The notes under the pieces: model-generated
What the model was told of the DNA's origin: nothing
The model's input: only the letters and a program-made list of their open reading frames with translations
Databases searched by the model: none
Translations under genes and position numbers: made by a program
Shown here: in pieces, positions 59,386-64,000 of the stretch
How positions within the stretch are numbered: the stretch's first letter is position 1
Layout of the letters: each line of letters begins with the position of its first letter
NCBI GenBank assembly: GCA_036795215.1
Contig: DAIRFC010000004.1
Span: forward strand, 4,822 to 68,821
Direction: 5' to 3'
DNA from: Actinomycetota bacterium
GTDB taxonomy: Bacteria > Actinomycetota > Thermoleophilia > RBG-16-64-13
DNA length: 64,000 nucleotides

Positions 59386-60407
59386 CGACCGCCACAGAAA
59401 CGCCGCAGGTTGTCACGACCGCGCGTTCGAAGGAATTGGTCCTCGATGTCGACGGACTCAAGATGTACTTTCCCATAACCAGGGGGCTGCTGAAGAGAAA
59501 GGTCGGTGAGGTCAAGGCCGTCGACGGCGTGTCTTTCAAGATGCGGCGCGGAGAGACCCTTGGTCTGGTCGGAGAGAGCGGTTGCGGCAAGACAACCGTG
59601 GGGAGGTGCATCAGCCGGCTCTACAAACCCACGGCGGGCACCATCCTGTTCAACGGCGAAGACATCACCACTATGCCCGAGAAGGAGTTCCGGCCGCGCC
59701 GCCGTGACATCTCCGTGATATTCCAAGACCCGTACGGCTCCCTCGATCCGCGGCAGTCGGCCGGGAGCATCGTGGGCGAACCCCTCAAGATCCAGAGTAT
59801 GGTCGAAACCAAGGAAGACTATCTTGAGAGGGTCGAAGCACTTTTCGGCAAGGTGGGTCTTGATCCCGACCTCATGGGACGGTACCCACACGAGTTCAGC
59901 GGGGGGCAGCGGCAGCGCATCGGCATCGCGCGGGCCCTGGCCAACGACCCAAGCCTAGTGATCTGCGACGAGCCTGTCTCGGCGCTGGACGTTTCCATCC
60001 AGGCTCAGATCATCAACCTCCTCATGGATCTGCGCGAGGGGTCTTCGGGGCTCAGCTACATCTTCATCGCGCACGACCTGTCTGTGGTAAAACACTTCAG
60101 CGATCGCATCGCCGTGATGTATCTGGGGCGCATCGTGGAGATAACGACTCCGGAAGAGCTCTACGATAATCCTCTGCACCCGTACACGCGGGCCCTCTTG
60201 TCGGCGGTCTGCGTACCCGACCCGGACATCGAGGCTGCTCGGGAGAGGATCGTGCTTCAGGGCGAGGTCCCAAGCCCGGTCAACCCGCCGTCGGGCTGCA
60301 CTTTCCATGCGAGGTGCCCCATCGCTACACCCGAATGTCGAACGACTATCCCTACACTCAAAGAGCTGGGGGATGACCATGAGGTCGCCTGCCTCCATAT
60401 CCAGTGA
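59382..60407 (+). CDS. ABC transporter ATP-binding protein (OppF/DppF-type)
   Basis: Walker A GESGCGKT, signature FSGGQRQRI, Walker [16 protein letters not shown] 59382 overlaps the upstream stop. Confidence 0.85.
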   Translation: MTTATETPQVVTTARSKELVLDVDGLKMYFPITRGLLKRKVGEVKAVDGVSFKMRRGETLGLVGESGCGKTTVGRCISRLYKPTAGTILFNGEDITTMPEKEFRPRRRDISVIFQDPYGSLDPRQSAGSIVGEPLKIQSMVETKEDYLERVEALFGKVGLDPDLMGRYPHEFSGGQRQRIGIARALANDPSLVICDEPVSALDVSIQAQIINLLMDLREGSSGLSYIFIAHDLSVVKHFSDRIAVMYLGRIVEITTPEELYDNPLHPYTRALLSAVCVPDPDIEAARERIVLQGEVPSPVNPPSGCTFHARCPIATPECRTTIPTLKELGDDHEVACLHIQ

Positions 60408-60434
60408 CCGTGACGGTCTGAGCGCGGTGGAGAT

Positions 60435-61106
60435 GTGGTCTTGAACGTGATCGAAGCCATCGAGTCTCGCAGGTCCGTCCGGGCCTTCAAGCCGGAGCCT
60501 GTTCCTCGAGAGGTGATCTCGAAGATCGTTGGAGCTGCCAACTGGTCGCCTTCGTGGGCCGACACGCAGCCCTGGGAGGTCTTCGTAGCGGGCGGTGATG
60601 TCTTGGGCCGCATCCGCGAACGTTTTCTCGCCCGATACAAGGACGGCGTGCCGCCTGCTAACGATCTGCCACGGCCCGGAGGCTGGCCCGAAGGTCCGAA
60701 GCGGCGGATGCTCGATTTCGTCAACGCCCGGTGTTCGGCATTGGGGGTCGTCCCAGGCGACGAGGCTGAGCGCGAGACGAGCATGAAGCGCAATTACGAG
60801 TTCTTCGACGCGCCCGTGGTCGTCTATCTGTGCCTGCACAGGGACCTCTCTCCTTGGTCCTATTTCGACATGGGCCTCTACGCTCAGAGTCTCATGCTGG
60901 CGGCCATGGAGTACTCGGTGGGGTCGGTGGTCGCCGTCAATCTGACCGCGTACCCCGACATCATCCGCGAAGAACTGGGCGTGCCCCAGGAGTACAGCGT
61001 CCTCATCGGTGTGGCCCTCGGCTACGAAGATCCCGACGATATGGCCAACACAGTCCGGAGCATCCGCCGGCCTGTTGAGGACGCCGTCACCATCAGCGGC
61101 CTGTAG
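60435..61106 (+). CDS. nitroreductase-family protein
   Basis: ..IESRRSVRAFKPEPVP.. N-terminus plus the ..NWSPSWADTQPWEVFV.. core. GTG start. Confidence 0.75.
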   Translation: MVLNVIEAIESRRSVRAFKPEPVPREVISKIVGAANWSPSWADTQPWEVFVAGGDVLGRIRERFLARYKDGVPPANDLPRPGGWPEGPKRRMLDFVNARCSALGVVPGDEAERETSMKRNYEFFDAPVVVYLCLHRDLSPWSYFDMGLYAQSLMLAAMEYSVGSVVAVNLTAYPDIIREELGVPQEYSVLIGVALGYEDPDDMANTVRSIRRPVEDAVTISGL

Positions 61107-61119
61107 AGGAAGGAGCGAG

Positions 61120-61542
61120 ATGGCCGACGCGAAGACCTACAAGGACAATATCGTCACCCGCTATCTGGCCGATACGACCAAGTTCGAGGGGACGACCATA
61201 CGCCCGGTCGCCTTCATCGATTCCAGGTTCGTCCCAGGGTCGTTCTACGCCGAGTGCGTTTGGTTCAGCGAGCCATCCGAGGGATCTCCCCCGGAGCACT
61301 GCCACGACGAAGCCGATGAGATCCTCATGTTCTTCGGGTCAGACTCGGAGCATCCGCACGATCTGGGCGGCGAGGTGGAGTTGTGGGTGGAGGGCGAGAA
61401 GCTGACCATCACGGAGAGTTCCATGGTCTTCATACCCAAAGGCGTGAAGCACTGCCCCATGTACTTTCGGAGAGTAGACAGACCCATCATCCACCTATCG
61501 ACCATGCCGTCGCAGGGCTATAGCCGGGACGGCATGGAATAG
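61120..61542 (+). CDS. cupin-domain protein
   Basis: Cupin motifs (..EHCHDEADEILMFFG.. and ..MVFIPKGVKHCP..). AGGAAGGAG RBS before ATG 61120. Confidence 0.6.
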   Translation: MADAKTYKDNIVTRYLADTTKFEGTTIRPVAFIDSRFVPGSFYAECVWFSEPSEGSPPEHCHDEADEILMFFGSDSEHPHDLGGEVELWVEGEKLTITESSMVFIPKGVKHCPMYFRRVDRPIIHLSTMPSQGYSRDGME

Positions 61543-61597
61543 AAGACCGAGCAACGAGGGCGACCAAGGGCCGTCGCAACAGGAGGGAGTGTCGATC

Positions 61598-62056
61598 TTG
61601 GACAAGCTGGAGAATTCACCCTACAGGAAATACTTCAAAGTCGGCGATGAGATAAAGATCCCGCAGCACCCGCACGAACACGAGGTGCCTTGGCCCGCGA
61701 TCTATCTCCTCGGCACTGATGTGCCGGCTACGCAGGGATTTCGTATCGCGACATTCGCCATAACCGAACCGTTCGAGATGGTCTCGCACACCCATTCACA
61801 CGACTTCGACCAGTACCTGTCGTTCTATGGCGGCGCGCCCGACATGTTGGACCTGGGTGGCGAGGTGGAGTTCACTATCGGCGAGGTCGGCAAGGAGCTC
61901 CAGACCATCGTGTTCACCAAACCGTTCATGTGCCATGTACCCCCGGGAGTGTTGCATTGCCCGCTTCGGTACACCAAGATCAACGACCCCGCGAAGCCGA
62001 TGATCCACCAGGATCTGGTTTTCACGGGTGAATACATCCGCAAGCCGGCCAGTTGA
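61598..62056 (+). CDS. cupin-domain protein (paralog of preceding gene)
   Basis: Same architecture as the upstream cupin (..SHTHSHDFDQYLSFYGG..GGEVEF..). TTG 61598 is preferred for RBS spacing; GTG 61589 also possible. Confidence 0.55.
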   Translation: MDKLENSPYRKYFKVGDEIKIPQHPHEHEVPWPAIYLLGTDVPATQGFRIATFAITEPFEMVSHTHSHDFDQYLSFYGGAPDMLDLGGEVEFTIGEVGKELQTIVFTKPFMCHVPPGVLHCPLRYTKINDPAKPMIHQDLVFTGEYIRKPAS

Positions 62057-62217
62057 AAAGGCCGAATCGACTGTCACAGCGGTAGGTGAGGGAGACGTTG
62101 GAAGGGGGTGCGTATCGCAGGGTTCACAAAGGAGGGACAGGATTCTTCCAGATGCACGACCATCGAAAGAGCGTGTGTGACTCAAGGCAAACAATGTCCC
62201 GCAGAGGGGGTAGTGAA

Positions 62218-63906
62218 GTGAGAGGAAAAACCACGAGAAGGACCATATGGAGCCTCGGCATCCTGGTGTTGGTCGCGATGCTGATGGTCTTCATGGTCGG
62301 TTGCGGCGAAGAAGAGCCGCCGGCTACTACTGCAGCGCCTGCCACCACGGCGACAACGGCTGGGGGCACCGACACCACGGCGCCGCCGGCCACGGAAACC
62401 ACTGCCGCTCCGAGCACCGACACCACCGCCGCGCCGGCCGACCAGCCGGTCTCCGGTGGCGTTCTGAGGCTCATCCACAACGCCGGCCCTCAGAGCGTCG
62501 GCTGGTGGTCCAGCATGGGTCCGACCGATGAAGGCGCCATCTTCCCCGGTGTGGAGAGGACTATGAAATTCGCTCCCGGCCGGAAGCTGGTTCCCTGCTT
62601 GGCCAAGACCGTGACTGAGGACCCGGATGCTCTTACCATCACGTTCGAGCTCGAAGAGGGTGTCCTCTTCCATGACGGCACCGAGCTTACCGCCGAAGTG
62701 GCGAAGTGGAACTACGATATCGGCGCGGCCAACGGCAAGCTACAGTTCGCCGACTCCATCAAAGAGTTCGAGATCACCGGTCCGTACAGCTATGTGTTGC
62801 ATCTGAACTACTGGCATAACCAGCTGCTGCAGGCCGTCGGGTGGGTGCCCATGCTCTCACAGGCCGCCTACGAGGCCAACGGTGGCGAGAACGGCGGCAT
62901 GGAATGGTGCTCCGAGAACCTCGTGGGTACCGGTCCGTTCCTGCTCAAGGAGTTCAACCGCGACCAGTCGCTGGTGTGGGAGAAGAACCCCAACTACTGG
63001 GGTGGCGAGGTCTATCTCGACGGTATCGAGGTCCAGATCATCCCCGACAACACCACTGCTTCAGCCATGATGCAGGCCGGCCAGGCCGACATCTGGCAGA
63101 GTGCCGATGCTCAGGGCCAGAAGGAGATGCAGGATATGGGCTACACCCTCCAAGAGGGTTGGGCCGGATTCCAGTATCATCTTATGCCGAACACCATGGA
63201 CGAGACCGGCCCGATGGCTGATCAGAGGGTCCGTGAGGCCGTTGAGTACGCTCTCGACAAGGAAGCCATCCACGCCGCCATCGGTTATGGCCGCGGCTTC
63301 CCGCTCTACGCTGTCTCTCCTCCTGGTGAGTGGGGCGGCGAGGCTATCGCTGTCAAGCGCACCTACGATCTCGAAAAGGCCAAGGCCCTCCTTGCTGACG
63401 CCGGCTATGCCGATGGTTGCCCCATCACCATCCTTGCTGTTGCCGAGACGGGCGGTCGTAGCACCGGCGCCGAGGCCGTCAAGGGTTATCTGGATGAGGC
63501 AGGCTTCATCACCACTCTCGACATCGCCGATGCCGGTCGCTTCTACGGTTCGGTGTTCGGCACCGGATGGGACGATCTAGCCCTCATGTTCTCGGGTAAC
63601 GACGTCGTGTACCTGATGTCTTGCGCGGCTTGGTGGGGTCCGACTCCGAAGACCAACCTCGCAAGCTTCAAGCGTCCCGACGATTTCGTTGCTCTCTTCG
63701 AGCCGGCCCTGAACGCCCGTACCGAAGAAGAGCAGATCGCCAAGACCGAGGACATCGTCCGCTACATGAACGAGCATGCCCTCATGATCCCGCTGTGGCA
63801 ATCGCCGGCGACCCTGGTCATCCAAGACTATGTCCACTGCGATTACCCGATGGAAGCCGGGTTCGTGGGCTGGTCCTGGGAGAAGACCTGGATGGGCGAG
63901 CACTAG
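62218..63906 (+). CDS. ABC transporter substrate-binding lipoprotein, family 5 (peptide/nickel-binding type)
   Basis: Lipobox LMVFMVGC, Thr/Ala/Pro-rich linker and an SBP_bac_5 body. GTG 62218 (GAGGGGG RBS) preferred; ATG 62194 is the alternative. Confidence 0.8.
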   Translation: MRGKTTRRTIWSLGILVLVAMLMVFMVGCGEEEPPATTAAPATTATTAGGTDTTAPPATETTAAPSTDTTAAPADQPVSGGVLRLIHNAGPQSVGWWSSMGPTDEGAIFPGVERTMKFAPGRKLVPCLAKTVTEDPDALTITFELEEGVLFHDGTELTAEVAKWNYDIGAANGKLQFADSIKEFEITGPYSYVLHLNYWHNQLLQAVGWVPMLSQAAYEANGGENGGMEWCSENLVGTGPFLLKEFNRDQSLVWEKNPNYWGGEVYLDGIEVQIIPDNTTASAMMQAGQADIWQSADAQGQKEMQDMGYTLQEGWAGFQYHLMPNTMDETGPMADQRVREAVEYALDKEAIHAAIGYGRGFPLYAVSPPGEWGGEAIAVKRTYDLEKAKALLADAGYADGCPITILAVAETGGRSTGAEAVKGYLDEAGFITTLDIADAGRFYGSVFGTGWDDLALMFSGNDVVYLMSCAAWWGPTPKTNLASFKRPDDFVALFEPALNARTEEEQIAKTEDIVRYMNEHALMIPLWQSPATLVIQDYVHCDYPMEAGFVGWSWEKTWMGEH

Positions 63907-63953
63907 TCATCCGCGACGTTTAGACGTGTAGCCGACACACCCGGCTGCATTGC

Positions 63954-63998
63954 CCGGCCCGCCCCAGACTCCGGTCTGGGGCGGGCCGGGTCTCCTTT
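63954..63998 (+). terminator. rho-independent terminator-like perfect hairpin after the SBP gene
   Basis: CCCGGCCCGCCCCAGAC-TCCG-GTCTGGGGCGGGCCGGG is a 17-bp perfect stem with a 4-nt loop, followed by TCTCCTTT. Confidence 0.6.
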
Positions 63999-64000
63999 GA

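Overview
The window is GC-rich (about 65-70%) with strong Shine-Dalgarno sites (GGAGG type), many 4-bp GTGA/ATGA start-stop overlaps and frequent GTG/TTG starts. The ORF track's M is often GTG/TTG, and I re-derived many starts from RBS position. Gene content is anaerobe-like: Hdr/MvhD/TusA/DsrE proteins, NifX-like and Mrp proteins, many 4Fe-4S proteins and several S-layer-homology (SLH) proteins. I read this as a high-GC Firmicutes-like lineage (Symbiobacterium/Thermaerobacter/Limnochordia type) or a Chloroflexi-like lineage, but this is a guess.

Layout from start to end:
- 0-2.4 kb: an M24 peptidase and an SLH protein.
- 2.4-9 kb: a degraded accessory patch with three toxin-antitoxin pairs (Phd/Doc, DUF4258/DUF2283, VapBC), a tRNA-Ser(CGA) flanked by copies of its own 3' end, and at least two gene fragments (nitroreductase C-terminus, CDF transporter C-terminus).
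- 9-36 kb: housekeeping and envelope genes. These include an MBL-fold hydrolase, tadA, carB, tRNA-Arg(ACG) and tRNA-Ser(GCT), a Mop protein, serC, a P-type ATPase, a UvrD-like helicase and four paralogous SLH-domain proteins. One SLH protein is paired with a kelch lipoprotein, one carries a PPC domain and one a beta-helix. There is also a carboxylesterase, DUF4389, a HEAT-repeat + HD-GYP two-gene operon, and an orphan zinc-ribbon + 400-aa hypothetical pair.
- 36.6-39.9 kb: a redox cluster (nitroreductase-like, flavin reductase, two multi-cluster 4Fe-4S proteins).
- 39.9-47.8 kb (+ strand): the most interesting region, a 9-gene operon. It encodes a leaderless arsR, a TusA-like protein, a degenerate MvhD-like protein, an HdrA with a GltD/NAD(P)H module inserted, a second HdrA, a small wHTH protein, HdrC-like, HdrB-like (CCG domain) and DsrE-like.
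- 47.8-54.2 kb (- strand): an 8-gene operon converging exactly on the Hdr operon, with overlapping CTAG stop codons. It encodes a CoA-disulfide/persulfide reductase with a rhodanese domain, a radical SAM protein, a ferredoxin with a Gly/Arg-rich tail, a NifX-like protein, DUF5320, an Mrp/NBP35-NifX fusion, an IscU/NifU-like protein and a PadR regulator.
- 54.3-64 kb: DUF364/DUF4213, a URO-D-like protein, an Opp/Dpp-type ABC transporter, a nitroreductase, two cupins, and a family-5 substrate-binding lipoprotein gene followed by a strong terminator hairpin.

Together the two convergent operons look like a sulfane-sulfur / Fe-S metallocofactor handling supercluster. An AT-rich motif ATCTA(T/G)ATG(CAGTTA) recurs in three of its promoter regions. 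No CRISPR array, transposase or integrase was seen.
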